A stretch of DNA of 64,000 nt from Trichodelitschia bisporula (taxonomy: Eukaryota), in the NCBI GenBank assembly GCA_010356995.1, contig ML996691.1, forward strand, positions 688,174 through 752,173, read 5' to 3'. Below the pieces are notes generated by a model. The model did not search any database and was not told the DNA's origin. It saw only the letters and a list, made by a program, of their open reading frames with translations. Below, in pieces: positions 33,118-47,900 of this stretch. Position numbers and translations under genes: made by a program. Each line of letters opens with the position of its first letter. Within the stretch, counting starts at the first letter, position 1.

Positions 33118-36100
33118 ATGGATTCCAAACCGGCACGCAAGAAAGTTGCCCCCTTCAGAGTTGTGAAGAAGCGGAAAGAAACCTCGACGAAGAACCACAA
33201 ATTCGAATCCTTCAATCATCGCATCGCCCGCCTCAAGATCGATCCTATCCGCCGCGAACGCGGCATTGACGACGATGACCTTTCCGTGAACCATACACAT
33301 TTCCAGGCGGCCCTGGAGAAGTGGGCGGAGCTGAATCTCTCCGAAATTTACGTGGCCTTTGCGAAGAAGGTCAAGCCGCTTTGCGAAAGCCTTCCCCAGT
33401 TGCTCCACCATGAGGACCGGATAGCCGAGCTTTTGATCGAAGCAATCGAACAAGGCAGCGTGATCTCGGTAGAACCGCTGCTGGATCTCGTCGCGAATCT
33501 GGCACAAGATCTGAGAGAGCGCATCGAGCGGCACATTCAACGCATTGCCACCACGGTCGTCTCGCTTTCGGCAAAGCATCCCGAAGCAGAAGTTGCGGAG
33601 TGGAGCTTCAACTGCCTCACATGGCTCTTCAAATATCTCGAGAAACTTTTGGTTCCCGACCTTCGGCCGCTGTACACAATACTTGCTCCTTTCCTGGGAA
33701 AGACCCGCCAAAAACCCTACGTTGCGCGCTTCACGGCCGAGTCCTTGAGCTTCCTAGTCCGCAAGGCTAGCGTAAAATATCACATAAATCAGGCACCGTT
33801 GCATGACATTGTGGAGGCTATTCTGGGAGATCTGTGTGATCCCTCCAGCCAGAAGAATGTCGAAATGTACGAGCAGGGTGTTGTAGTGCTGTTCGCGGAG
33901 TCAATCAAAGGCGCCGGGCGGAGCCTCTACTCCAAAGGTGACGCGGTATTCCGCGAGCTTGCCACCACAGTGTACAGGTTGAACAATGAAGACGCTGTAA
34001 TGGCGAAACCCGCTGTAGAGGTTCTCAAAGGCGTCTTCCTCTCAGTCTTGCACCACACCGAACCCCCGACATTCCGGCCGATTCTAAGTATTTTGCTTGA
34101 AAAGACAAAAATAGCGGACAATGGGGTCACTGAGCCATCTCTGATATTGTCGGCGCAGCTGATTCTTCTCCTGTCGTCTACCAGGAAGGGATCTAGAGTT
34201 GAGGACTGGTCCTTGGTCTTTGAGCGCATTTCCGGGCAGATTGAGTATCTCACCTCTCGAGATGCCACGCTCTTCGCCGATGCTTCGGCTCAGGTGCTGG
34301 CAGCTTTTGGCGTAGCTCACCAAGCCTGCGCTTTAGATGCCGCGATCTCGAACCTGAAGCTCTTCGATATTATCTCCTGTTCACGATGGCAGGACTCGTT
34401 CCCTGGGTTTTGTGACTTCTATGCAGAGCTCGGACAGGACCGTTTCCGGAGTTTGCTGCTCCCCCACTTCCAAAAGTGAGTGCCTTTCTCGCTGGCGTAG
34501 CTTTACTAACTGACCCTTTCTAGATTCGTAACCACCTCATGGGCTCAGTGCAGGGAGAAGTTGGCTGCGCTCATCCCGAAGCTTGCCCACACCGGTTTCC
34601 TGCTCAAAAACTCCATCAGTTTGCCCCGGTCATGGCAAGCGGAAATTGGCAACCAATTTGAACGGCTGCCAAAGGCACTTGATGGTCTCCGCGACTCCGA
34701 AGTCTTCTATTACAATGCGTTGGTAGAGCTTCTCGGGGCAACTAGTGTGGAAGAAGCTCTACCTCCCAAAGTTAGCCTGAAAGTCTATGGGGCGCTTGAG
34801 ACTCGACTAGGGGCTAATGGCGGGGATATTACTTCACCAGGATTTCGCGAACTCTTCGTCGTTGGAAACGGGTTTCGCTATGCAGCTGCCAACGGTCCAG
34901 TCGATGAAGCGGACCTCTGGCCACTTTTGAGCTCACTCTCGTCGCAATTTCGACGATACCACGCCTTTTGGAGCTCCGTGGCTACCTTTCTCCGTGTTCG
35001 ACAACCCGAGGGCACTGGTCCAGAAACGGAAGCCATGGTCGAATCTCTCCTTGAATCTCTCACCTCGCCGTCTCACGATGTTCGGCTCGTCGCTCTCGAG
35101 ATTCTTCAGACACTGACCAAAATAAGAACTGGAAAAGATTCGGCTGCACTCTCGACCGCCATCAGCATTGAGACCATGCCTCTCACGTTGGATACTGCTC
35201 GAACAATATCCATGCAACTCCGCAATCTGGCTTCCAACTACGTGAACGTGACTGCGGACCCTTGGCTGCGACGAGCCATTCCAAAGTTCTGTTTTGGCCT
35301 TCTCCACGTCAGGATGGCGCAAGTCTGGGAGGACTCTTGCCAGGCCCTAAAGGTTATGTCACAAAGCAAGGAAGGGGAGGACGTAATTTGTGAGACAGCC
35401 TTTCAATGGCTTGAGGCATCTCCGGACGATTCTACGCCTACTGGTGCAAAGGGTTTCCGACAGCCGCACGTACCACAGAGCAACCACCAATTCCCGGATG
35501 AGGATGGAATGGTCGGCCTGATACATGAGACTTTGCTAAAGAGAAGCCCGGCAGTCGAGCAGCTTGAATCGCTCTTCAGGGAAATCCATCACCCAGCTAG
35601 GCTCACGACCCCTTTCAACCGGTCTCAGGCTCTCAGAGTACTCAAGGCTGTGCCTCAAATAGCGGAAAAACGGTCACGTGCCATTGTCCCTACCCTGCTT
35701 TCATGGGCGCTGGATATGGATGTAGACTATGAACCTGAGGAGGGTGATTCCGAATCCCCTAAGGTGCCAGGATCTAAAGGAAATTCCGAGCGGTGGAGCC
35801 GAAAGGACCAGAAGGGGATGCTATCGCTCTTTGCTCTATTCACCAATCCTAAGGTTCTGTACAGATCGGCCGAAGTCTACGCCGCACTCCTCTCGCTACT
35901 GGAACACGGCGACGGTGAGATCCAAAAGTCCGCTCTACAAGCGCTTTTCACCTGGAAGAATCCCCACGTCAGCCGTTATGAGGAAGACTTGCTCAAGCTT
36001 CTGGATGATGCGAAGCTTAAGGAGCAGATGTCTGTTTTCCTTGATGCTGAACAGAACGATTCAACGCTGCGAGACGAAGATCGGGAAGGAGTTGTGCCCA

Positions 36101-39100
36101 TAATTCTGCGCCTGCTTTATGGTAGGATCATCTCGCGCACCAAGGGGGATCGGCAGTCGAACCGGCGAACGGTTTTCGTTCTCCTGGCTCGCTTTCGGGA
36201 GAATGAAGTGAGCGAGTTCATAACCGTAGCATTGGGAGCACTTTCTCGGCTTTCTCTTCGGGATGCGAACGGTAACATTCAGGCGAACGAACTCCAAACT
36301 GAGAGTTTGAGCCAGCGGAAGCAGTTTGGTGTGCTCAACATGCTGAAAGATATGCTCGACATCTGGAAAACTACCGCGGCTCCCTACATATCGCGCCTTG
36401 TAGATCCCGTTGTCTACTGCCTTGTCCGCGCCACCCGGGAGGTTGAGCAGAGTTCTATCGCGGGTTCTAATGACAACGCACCGAATGGAGACTCCCTAAC
36501 GAGGTCGATCCGCCAGGTTGCCATTCAGTGCCTAAGTGCTCTCTTCCAGATCCGACCCGAGTTTGAATGGTCTCCGTACATGCCAACAATCTTCCGCGAA
36601 GTGATCGACCCCAGAGTCGAGAAGCTGCCCGTTGAAATGGCTCAGGGCATATCCGGCCTCCTGCGCGTGTTCTCCGCCTGGAGTCACGCAATTCAGATCG
36701 CACCTTTCCTCTCACGGTACAACGACAAGCTTCTTCCCAAGATTGCTGATTGCATTGGTCTTGGTACGACCAAGTCTGAAGTCAAACGTTTTGTACTGAA
36801 GGACATCCTTTGCGCCCTCACCGAGCAGTGCAAGCTCGCAAAGCCTCCTAGCAATGCTGAAGCTGCGAGCGTGGTGGAGAGATATGCGAGCAATTTCCTC
36901 GACCGCATTGGAGCCTGCTTGCGGTCCGACCCGAACAAGGAGTTGCTAGAAGATTGTATTGAAGGGGTTGTCCAGCTCTCCGAGTATGCCACTGTAGCCT
37001 CACCTGACCTTCTCGACGTTTCTGCGTACTTGTTGCAACAGCCAGCACGCCGGGTCTCGCCACGCACGAAAAGCAAATTGCTCCACATCATTCTCAAGTT
37101 CGTACCTTTGACGGATCTTCCCGACTCTCTGTTCGACAAGCTTTTCCAGGCCCTTTGCTCCTCTTTCGCTTATTTCAATGACAGGGACAACCGGGCATTG
37201 CTTTGCCAACTCTCTTTCCAGCTTGCCCAGAAGGACGAATCCCTTGTGGGCGTGGCCAAGTTGGTTCAGGACCTGAACTCATTCTCCGAGAAGCGACTGA
37301 ACGAGCCCGACTTTGAGCGGCGAGCGGCTGCGTACTATATCATCAACGAGGAACAGTACACAACGTTTGACCTGAGGAAATGGAATTTGCTTCTTAGCAA
37401 TATGCTGTTCTTCATCAAGGACGAGGAGGAGATGGCTATCAGAGCCAGCTCCGGTATGGCAATTCGCCGATTCGTGGAAGTGGCAGCCAAAGACGATCCT
37501 GCCGACGCAGCAGAGCATCGGAGTCTGCTACAGCAGCTGGTTATTTCAGGCGTTGAGAAGGGTATACGCGACCAACCCGAGCTGGTTAGAGCAGAGTACC
37601 TCTCTGTGCTGCTCCATCTTGTGCGCTACCACCCGCAATGGCCCGTTGTTAGCGATATGTCAGTTCTGGTATCAGAGGATGAGGACGCTTCCTTCTTTGT
37701 GAATATTCTGCATATTCAGAAAGGCCGTCGCGTTGGAGCTTTGCAACGGCTCTGTGTATCAGCCCAGTCGGGCGCACTCTCGAGCCGAAACATTTACCAC
37801 CTGCTCATCCCGCTGATTGAGCATTACATCATCGAGCCGATCGACGGTGTCCTGACCTCAGAATCCATCACCGCGTTTGGAACTCTTGCTCGGTGGATGG
37901 ACTTCTCTCAATTCCGCGCATTGTTTCGCCGTTACATTGGTTTCCTTCACAGCAAGGAGGAAATCCAAGTAACAATCCTCAAGGTTCTGGATACCCTATC
38001 CACCACCTTTTGCCAGGCTGCTGGACTGAAGCATGCGGACTTGAAGTCCGTCGAAGCCTCTCATGAGAGTGGGGAAAAGATGGACACGGAAATGAGGGAG
38101 ACGACGACACTTTCTGCGTCAATGCCTAGTCAGGAGAAGCTCTCGCATCATCTCATTGAAGAAGTTCTGCCGCCGCTGACGAAATTCATGCATGAGAAGG
38201 ATGAGTCTTTCGTCAGTCGCAGAATTATGCTGGCCGTGGTCATTGCAAAGCTGCTTCGGCTCCTTTCCGAGGAAGAGTTTCAAGTTCGGCTTCCCGCGCT
38301 GCTCACTGATACCTGCAATATTCTCCGCAGCAAGGATCAAGACTCCCGAGACTCCACACGCAAGGCACTGGCCTCCATTTGTACGCTTATCGGCCCATCC
38401 TCCGTTGGTTTCGTCATCAAGGAGCTACGCACTGCCTTGGCCCGAGGGTTCTACCTACATGTCCTGTCATATACGGTGCATTCGATATTGGAGTCGACGA
38501 CGCCCTTCTTTGAACCCGGGGCCTTGGATTACTGCGCCCGTGATGTTGTATCTGTGATCATGGAGGACATCTTTGGCGCCACGGGCAAGGACAAAGATGC
38601 CGCGGAGTATCTCAAGGACAAGAACACCAAGAAGGAGGTCAAAGGGAAGAAGAGTTTCGATTCGATGCAGTTGTTGGCATCTGTCACCTCCCTCACTCAC
38701 ATGATCGACCTTATCCGGCCTTTAGAGTTGCTGCTCCTGGAGTCGCTGAATCACAAGGACGTTCGAAAGGTCGAGGAGCTATTCCGCCGAATAGAACTCG
38801 GAGTCTTACAGAATACACTGGCCCAGGACCGAGGGGTCCTAGTTTTCTGCTACGAGGTCATCAAGGATGCCAGTACTCTCGGCCAAGACGTCAAGGCGCA
38901 AAGGTCCCATAGCTTCGTTCCCCGCAAGCAGCACAAGTCCGCTCACCACGGTTTGGCGAAGTCTGAAGTCGTCGGAAAAGTTATGCGCTTTGCCCTTGAA
39001 ATCGTCCGTGCCGTATTACGGAAGCATAAGCACCTTCAGACGACGGAGAACATCGCCGGTTTCATGCCCATCATTGGTGATGCGTTGCTAAAGGAGCAGG

Positions 39101-41004
39101 AGGACGTCAAACTGGCGTCCATTCGGCTGTTTACTGCGATTGTCAGCATCCCACTTCCGCGGATCGAGTCCGATGCTGCTGTCTATGTCGCGGAATCGGC
39201 CCGCATTGTTGAGGATTCCCAAGCCACCAACGACGAACTATCCCAAGCGGCACTGAAGCTAGTCGCCGCAGTGCTTAGGGAGCGTCGCAATGCCAAAGTC
39301 AAGGTGAAGGACCGGACAATTGCTTTACTCCTCAAGAAGCTGAAACCGGATCTTCAAGTCACCAGCCAACAGGGTGCGGCTTTCAATCTCTTACGGTCAA
39401 TCATCGGCCGGAAAGTTATGATTCCAGAAGTCTACGAGGTGATCGACGGCGAAGATGGTGTCGCCGCCATTTCCATCCGTGACCACGATCGCACGACCCG
39501 CGACCTTGCTCGGGGCGTCTACTTCCAGTTTTTGATGGAATATCCCCAGACCAAAGGAAGATTTGCCAAGCAGCTAAGCTTCTTGATTCGCAACTTGGAA
39601 TTCCGTCACGTTGAAGGCCGGCAGTCTGCCATGGAGACCCTGAATCTGCTTCTTAACAAATCCGGTGACGAAATTGCTGGCGAAGTCCTTCGTGAAGCCT
39701 TCTGGCCCCTTGTGGCTGTGATGGTTAACGACGACTCCAGCGACTGCCGGGGGATGGCTGCCGGGTTGGTCAAGACGATCTTTAGCCGCGCAGACGATGA
39801 GTGGGCGAAGAACTTTTTGTCTTTGTTTAAGAAGATGCTTGAGAACGGTACCAAGACCATTCAGAAGCGCACCGCCCTCCAGTGTTGGACCCTTTACCTT
39901 GAGGTCAGCGGCGAAGAGGCCAAAGAGGCTCCATACGTCCAAGCAAAGGTCACGAAGCTTCTCAGTGGCGACGCCGAAGACTTCGATACCCAGGAATGGC
40001 AGTTGGTGTATTACGCGCTCCATACTGCGCGCCTTCTGTGCAAACTCCGGCCAAAGACGGTATTTGCATCCGATGCCCAACCGCTGTGGCTGTACATCCG
40101 AGCACACATGTCTTTCCCTCACGCCTGGGTCAAGCAAGAGGCGGCCAAGCTTATCGGCATGTATGTTGCAGACTTTGGCAGTGCAAGTGGTGGGAAGCTG
40201 GAGAAGTTGCCCCTTGTGGGTTCTGGAGGGTTGAAGCTTCAAGGTGACGATTTATGCGAGATCGCCTACCGCAACCTCGGCGCGCTTCGGCCTGGTGCCT
40301 CTCAAGAAATGGCTGCGCAACTGGCCCGAAATCTTGCCTTTCTCGGCCGTTGCTTCGCGGCCAATGGCATGCGTTGGAAGCTTTCCGGCGAAGTAACTTC
40401 CTCCCAACCAGCCTCAGACTCGGCAGACGAGGAGGATGTAAGCGACGAGGACGTTGAAGAGAAGAAGTCATTCGGGACCGCCCTGGAGTACATGTTTGCA
40501 CGGCTGACCGTAGTCTTGCGACGGGAGCCGCGGAAGCCTAAGGATCCGTCACAGCCGCTTCTCCGCCCGGCGAAACTGTTATACCCGAAGACGGCTGCGC
40601 TGCAACTTGTATCTGCTCTTTGCGCCACCCTCCCGGTTGAAGCCCTGACACCATCGCTCGAGATCGTTCTCCTCCCACTGATTCATCTTACCGATACGAG
40701 TATCACTGCCCCTACTTCAAGTGATCTTGCTTTCACCGAGACATACGAGGCGCTTGTGCGGGATGCGACGGAGTTGATGGATTTGCTGCAGAAGAAGCTG
40801 GGCACGACGGAGTATGTGAATGTAATGCAGAAAGTCAAGAAGGGGATGCAGGAGAAGCGGGATGATCGGAGAACAAAACGAAGGATCGAGGCAATAACTA
40901 TGCCCGAGAAGGTTGAGAAGGTGAAGAAGCGTAAGCGAGAAGCTGAAAAGGCACGCCGGAAGGAGAAGGGTGCACTTCATAGGGGGCAGCGGCGAGGCTG
41001 GTAG
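33118..41004 (+). CDS. UTP20: U3 snoRNP/SSU processome HEAT-repeat protein Utp20
   Basis: KNHKFESFNHRIARLKIDP, W-ELNLS, HVLSYTVHSIL, EDIFG, FQFLMEYPQ, GRQSAME; about 2600 aa. Single intron 34476-34523. Confidence 0.96.
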
Positions 41005-41280
41005 ACGCTACCTGACGTAATTTACGGAAAGAAGGTTACCTGAGCCACTCGGTTCACCAGTTGACGGACATTTTGTGAACGTGCCAAATTACTGTAACAT
41101 GCAGTCGTGCCGTGAAGCTCCAGACCAGAGGCCGTTTTCTGCATTCGAACCTCTCTTAGTGTAGAGTACGCTAGCATGACTATAAAGCATAACACCGTGA
41201 AATGCTTTACGTAGTGGACTTTTCCGTTTATGTTCCATGATATAATCCGTTTGCCAACGGCGTAACTGGCTTAGGCCAAA

Positions 41281-41862
41281 TTATGATTTTGAAGGCGATT
41301 CGGGTGTGTGAGGCTGTCGAGGCGTTTGGCTGCCGTCGTCCCAAAACTCTAGGTCTCCCTCAGCACTAAGAGATCCCCGCTTGACTAGTTGTCCTTTATT
41401 CTTCAAGATGTCCTCTAGCGTCACTCTCTCATCTGAGAAAATCTACGGCTGTTAGGGCTGACGGCGGAAGGTAAAAATGGTCAACAGTACCTTGAGATGA
41501 TCGGCCATAAGATGCCTATTTTTACATCCAGGGCAAGTAACCAGAACTGTGCCATGATGGTATCCTTGCTTTGATATGCGATGAGTGGACCGAGTATCGC
41601 ACTTCTTGCAAGTAAACGCCATTTCGTAGGCGGGAACGTCCGGTTTGGGCTTAGAGCTCACGGCATTCGAGGCGGGAGCCGACTCTTGCCGCAAAGTAGA
41701 GAACACGGAAAATGACTGAGACGTGAGGAGAGACTGCCGAACTGGACTCGCCCAGGCCTTGCGCTGTGACGTTGCGCGTACCTGCTGCACGATGCAGCGA
41801 CCAGCCGAAGGACGGACAGGTCTGGGAACAGCGATTCGTACGACTGAGCGTAGGGACTGCAT
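41281..41862 (-). CDS. ZIM17: Mitochondrial DNL-type zinc-finger chaperone Zim17/Tim15/Hep1
   Basis: Presequence, then [46 protein letters not shown]...TLEDIL. Intron 41443-41490. Confidence 0.93.
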
Positions 41863-42372
41863 TGTGGCTGACGTATTAGAGAATCGAGTCCGTCCTTTCT
41901 CGTGTCCAGAAGTGTTCCAAGGTCAGGAATGTTCGCAAAGCGGACGGTAAATGGGCGGAAGCGGTGATGACGGAGCGCAGAGCCGCATAACCCGGCCTTA
42001 GCCACTAGCTGGTCCGTGCCACACGTCACCCCCACACTTTGCACTGAGGTTAACCCCACCGGCCCGAAGTTTACCCATTCCGCCCGCCTCCCCCCCCGCC
42101 CTGCCCGCGTTCGCCGCTTGCGGGACGCGTTGGAACGGCTTCCTTCGTGAGCAACCAGCTCCAGCTTTATTCACTGTCGCGCAGCCACTTCTTTGCTCCT
42201 CCTCCCCCAAGTCTCTCACTCTGCAATCTTTACATATCCACCCCAACAAGCCGTAATCATTTCTCTTCGACATCCCTCTCTCCGCCCTCGCTTTCACCAA
42301 CCTCCGCCGAAGTCGCATCACATCTGGCCAGTGAACTAGAGCTTCTGGCGATTGCTTTTTTCGCACGCCACG

Positions 42373-44967
42373 ATGAATGTCCACAGTCGAGGAAAGCCTA
42401 AGATACGGGCACCACGTCGTGTACGCTTGCCATGCAATGCCTCGCTGTGGCAGAGTGCTAATTAGGCGGCAGACTCTGGTCACCAATGATGATGACTTCC
42501 AAACCACTTGGTCGCAGCTCGAGGCCTCCTTTGGACAAATTCACAGCAAAAATGCGTCGTCAATATCCTACGAGACTCTCTATCGCCTAGGATATCGTCT
42601 TGTACTCAAGAGGAAGGGAGAGGAGCTCTACAACGGCGTGGCTAACTTCGAGAGAAAATGGCTCACCAACAACGTCCAAGCGGAAGTCAAAAGCCTGCTA
42701 GCTCCGAGTCTTTTGGCTCCTGTGGGTAGCGGTGCCGGCGCACTCTCAACCGTGGAGCGCCGCGAGCTTGGAGAGAGATTCCTCAGGGGTCTCAAGCAAG
42801 CATATCAGGACCATCAGGTCTGTATGAACATGCTGGGAGATGTCCTGATGTATTTGGTATGCTTTTGTTCTATCCGCTCATGAACTTCTCTGACAGGTCT
42901 CGTACCCTAGGACCGAGTCTATTGCGGCGAGAACCATGTCCCCAGCATCTACACGAGAGCCATGCAACTTTTCCGAGAATGCGTTCTGGACGTACCCGCA
43001 GAAGAGCAGAACCCCCATTCTGTTCGCATCCTGGATGTTGTAAATTCCATCATCCTGGAACAGGTCCAGATGGAACGGGACGGAGAAATTATCGAAAAGA
43101 ATATCCTCAAGTCGTGCGTTTACATGCTAGAGGGTCTTTTCGTTGACGCGCAAGAGTCTGAAGAGAAGAAGCTCTACAATGTCACCTTTGAGCCACTGTT
43201 TCTGAGAATGAGTCGGGATTTCTACCACGATGAAGCCGAGCGATTAATTCGCGAGTTCGACGCCGGTGGCTACTGTCGTCAGACCAAGAAGCGGCTTGGG
43301 GAGGAATTGGACAGGTGCTGTTCAACCCTTTCCGAGAGTACGACGCAAAAGATTCAGGCGGTCGTCGAGGAAGAGCTCATCACTAACAAGCTCAATGAGC
43401 TGATCAACATGGACTCAGGAGCAAACTACATGATCATTAACGATAAGGCCGAGGATCTCGGTCTCCTCTACGATCTCAATGCGCAAGTTGACAATCGCAA
43501 AGGAAAGTTGAGCAACGCCATCCATTGCCAAATAATTGCCATGGGAGACGCCCTCAACGCCACGATATTGGACATTGCTGCATCGGGTCCACAGGCAGCA
43601 AACGGCTTGACCGATGCAGCCATTCAGTGGGTCGACAGAGTTCTAACCCTAAAGGATAAATTCGACCGTTTCCACGAAGTCTCTTTCCGTTCCGATCACA
43701 TCTTTCAGACTACACTTGCCGAGAGTTTCCACCATTTCATCAATGCGCCGGCATTTGGTCGCGCTGCCGAGTTTATCTCACTCTTTATCGACGAAAACAT
43801 GAAGCGGGGCATTAAGGACAAGACGGACGCTGAAGTCGATGAAGTGCTGGAAAAGGCGGTCGTTCTCATTCGATATCTAAAGGACCAGGATTCCTTTGAG
43901 ATGTACTACAAGAAGCACTTGTCGAAGCGCCTCCTGATGCACAAGTCCGTCAGTCTCGACGCCGAGAAGCTGATGATTTCTCGTATGAAGATGGAACTCG
44001 GCAACAACTTCACGTACAAGTTGGAGAGCATGTTCAAGGACATGTCCACCTCCGAAGGACTCACGTCAGATTACAAGGATTACGTGTCAGGGTTAGAAAG
44101 TACTGGTCCCCGGCGAGTAGATATGATCGTCAGCATCCTGACGGGCGTCACCTGGCCCTTGGAGTCGGCATCCAGTATGGAGGAGTTGAGCAACAAACCT
44201 CAACAGAAGGTCATCTACCCCGATGCCGTCAATCGCGCAAGGGAGGACTTTGAAAAGTTCTACGGACAGAGGCATGCGGGCCGGATTCTTTTCTGGCAAC
44301 CGAACATGGGCACGGCCGACATGACGGTCCGATTCCCCGGTAAGAATGGTTCGGGATATCGCCAGCATGAGCTTTCCGTGCCGACATATGGCATGATTAT
44401 CCTGATGCTCTTCGCTGATCTTCCTTCGGGCGAGTCGTTGAGTTTCGCGGAGATCCAGGCCGGCACCAATATCCCGCCCAAGGAGTTGTCACGCAACCTC
44501 CAGGCGCTTTCCGTTGCACCAAAGACGCGGATTCTGCGCAAGGAGCCTATGTCTCGTGAGGTCAATGAGACCGACCGGTTTTTCTTCAACGAGGGCTTCA
44601 CCAGCCAGTTCAAGAAGGTAAAGGTCGGCCTCATTGCCATGCGCAACAGGGCTGAGACAGTTGCCGAGCAAGAAGAGACCAAGAAGGCACAGGACAAGCA
44701 GCGTGCCTTGGTAATCGAGGCGGCGATGGTTCGTATCATGAAGTATGTTCATCCCTTTCGTGTCATGAAGTCAAACCCTGACTTCTCTCCAGGGGTCGCA
44801 AGACACTTTCATACTCGCAACTACTTAGCGCGACCATCGATCAGCTGAGTTCCAGGTTCAAGCCAGAAATCAGCATGATGAAGGCCCGAATCGACGCACT
44901 TATCGATCGCGAGTACCTTGCCCGCGTCGATGACGCCTCACCGCCTGCAGTCCGCTATGTTGCCTAG
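42373..44967 (+). CDS. CUL3: Cullin-3
   Basis: KIRAPRR start, NASSISYETLYR, LMYL|DRVY, EFISLFID, FEMYYKKHLSKRLL, neddylation motif IEAAMVRIMK|GRK, LIDREYL. Introns 42421-42472, 42857-42910, 44743-44792. Confidence 0.95.
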
Positions 44968-47900
44968 GCCGGCGCCTCGTAGGCTAGTATACAGTAGATC
45001 GGCGTCTTTGTCATTGGCGTTTTGATTTGAGCGGCTTCGTATGCATGACGGGAGCGGGTGGCTTTGGCTTCTGAGTTGGTGTCAATGGAGTTTATTACTT
45101 AGGGCGTCATCTCGGAGGAGTATCTGGCGTGATATGGCTCAACGCATAGCGCACATTTTCGGTTCAGCTATCCCATACGTTTTGTGATCAATGGCATAGC
45201 ATGACGATGCATTTTGCGGAAAGTCATTTTTAGCGTGCCATGGGGTGGAACGGGATATGCAGATGCATAGATTGTCTCGGCCCGATGCCTTGATTCATTC
45301 AGCCATGCAAAGTGACGGGTAACCTAGGGGTAGAATGCTATGTGAGTGTGGCAGTGGAACTGCCTGATTTGGACGAGAATCAACCGAAAGCTGGTGGCAT
45401 GCCTCACGGTCCGTAACGGTTCGCTGCTAGATGGCTGCATCATGTCATGCTGGAGAGGCAGGCTCTTGGTCATCTACGGTAGTGGACTTGGATACTAAGA
45501 ACTTACTGTACCGTAACCTCGTTCCGACAAGTCTGCAGGAACGCAGTGCTCCCGGTGCTTATGCATGATGGTGCCACCGTCGGGAGGTTACCCGCGTCCG
45601 GCATCATCCACAGGTGAGGAAGACGTGGACTTGCCAGCCACTTACGCCTTGATTACGATGCTCTCTGGTATGGCCCACGATTGGGACTGCCACGACTCTG
45701 GCAGAAACGATGTTCACCTAGGATCTCTGCAAATCCCCATCCTGCCCCGATTCATGCATGCCCGACAATCTCGTTTCCCTTGCGAGCGATCATTCAGACC
45801 GATGGCTTCCGCGCCGGAATCATTCGCTCTCCTCCCTCTCGAGCTCAGCTGAATCTGATCGAGCGCTTTTTGAGGAAACAGTGGAGGCTGAGTACATCCG
45901 CACGTAGGCGAGGCTGAACACGCCTTGGCCACTTGGGAAGGCCCCGTCTCAATCACAGGCGCGAGGTAGGGCCGCGGGTCCGTGTGCAGACGGCGTGGCA
46001 TGAACATCTCCCGCCGTACGGTAGGCTGTGCGCATCTCCCGTCATCGACGCTGGCTAGCGAGCATCGGACGGATGGATGGAACGTAGTAGAGGGCTAGAC
46101 TTCTACGGTAAGCGAGAGAAGGTGCTGACGCGGTGCGATGGTGATGGAGCACTGTGAGCTAACGATTAGAAAGTTGGAAACACTGTTTGCGTTGCGCGCG
46201 GGAAACAAAACACTGTTTGCTGTACATCCGTACTTCGTACAGGATAGAGAGCGGTTGTCACTCGCGCGCGCGACAAAGGAGTGAACAAACGAGGCTGCCA
46301 ACTGGCCTTGTTTCGCGCTTTGCTTCCTACCTCCCTTGAGGCGCGTCACCTGTGCTAAGGTTAACCCAAGTCTCAACAACCAACAAGTTCCAAGACGTTC
46401 CAAGGCCGCTTCTAAAGCGTCCGAAACAGGCACAAGCGTGAGGAAACAAAGGCGTGCATGTTGGTGCAGGTTTGGGGGGCTTGTCAGGGTGAGCAGCTGG
46501 GCCAATAAAATGGAGAGAAACAGCATAATACCCTGACTCCGGTTTGTTCCAGAGTTCGCCACAGGAGAGGGTCCTAGCGTTACTGGCGCGTGGCTGATAC
46601 GCTGTCACTGGCTAGTTCCCCTGGCGCTTGGACACTTCCCGCAGGTCAAGCTTTTTTTGATCGGAGCGAGGGGGAAGGTGACAGACGGGGGGAATGAACG
46701 ACTCCTGAAGGATACGCAGTACGGAGCATACATTGGGTTACCTCAGATGGTGAAGGGTAAAGGGCAGGGTGAGAGGATTGAAGGTTGAATGAATTATCAT
46801 CAACTTGGAGCTACCGTACTACCGTATTCCCTCATGTGAGAACTCGCTTCTCAACCACCACTTACCCCGCTGTGGTACTCGCGCTGTTGTGTTCGGCAAT
46901 AAACTAGGCATTCTAGCGCCCCGGTCGTGCAGCAGAACCAGCAACTCGATACGGTACGCAGTACGGATGTACTGCGTACGGAGTAGTCACAAAAAAAAAG
47001 ACGCCGCGCGTGAAGCTCGGCGCATTGTTACTGTCTCGCCTTCCCCTCCCCCTCCTCCCGCCCCTAACTCCACACATCTTCCTATATTGTTTCAACCCCT
47101 GTTGTCAGCTTGACTATCGGCTACTGTGGTATCCACGCTGACGTCTACCCATTATTCTCCCCACCGGCTAGGCGGCTGGTAAACACCCAGGGCCTCATTC
47201 TTGTTCGTAGAGTCAGCAGGAAGTGGAACCCTCCGTCCCTATTTTCCGACTGAGGGTCCAAATGCGCAAATTTCGCTTGGGGAATGTTTGGAACGTAAGA
47301 GCAACGACTGCAGGAGAAGAACCGCAGTGTCCGCGCGACTGGGAAAAGGTACCATCAGGATTTGCGGCGTGGTGTCCGCCAGCCTCCGATGCCACCTACT
47401 GCTCTAGCTTCTGGTCTGGATGTGTTGGTGCTGGTGGCGTGTCGGGTGTGCCTGGATGCTCTGTGGCGTGCTGCCGAGCAGAGAGGGGGTTGGCCGCAGA
47501 TGCAGTTGAGCACCCCCTCTCCCGCCTTCTTCGTCCGAAATCTTGGATCGGTGCTTTTCCGGGCTGTGGATCCGTCGCGCCAGTGCCCGCATGCGTGCTC
47601 CTGACTGGGCCGGTGGGGCGCCGCGCCGCAGCCATGCCCTCATCCTTCAGCCTTTTCGCCCGCCTGCCTTGCGTGGCCACCCCGGGAACCACCCCCTCAG
47701 CACTACCATTCACCCATGGCCTCCTTCACCCCACTTCCTCTGCTATATCAAGTGCCCCTCCGCTCGCTCCCCTAGTTCATCTTCTCCGCTACCTCCCTCT
47801 TTGTCACCCCAGGCTCCATTGTCCACCACACAGCCACCGCCCCACCCTCACTCTCTTTGAGCACTTGCTCGTTACATTCATTGTTCCCCCAAGATCACTC

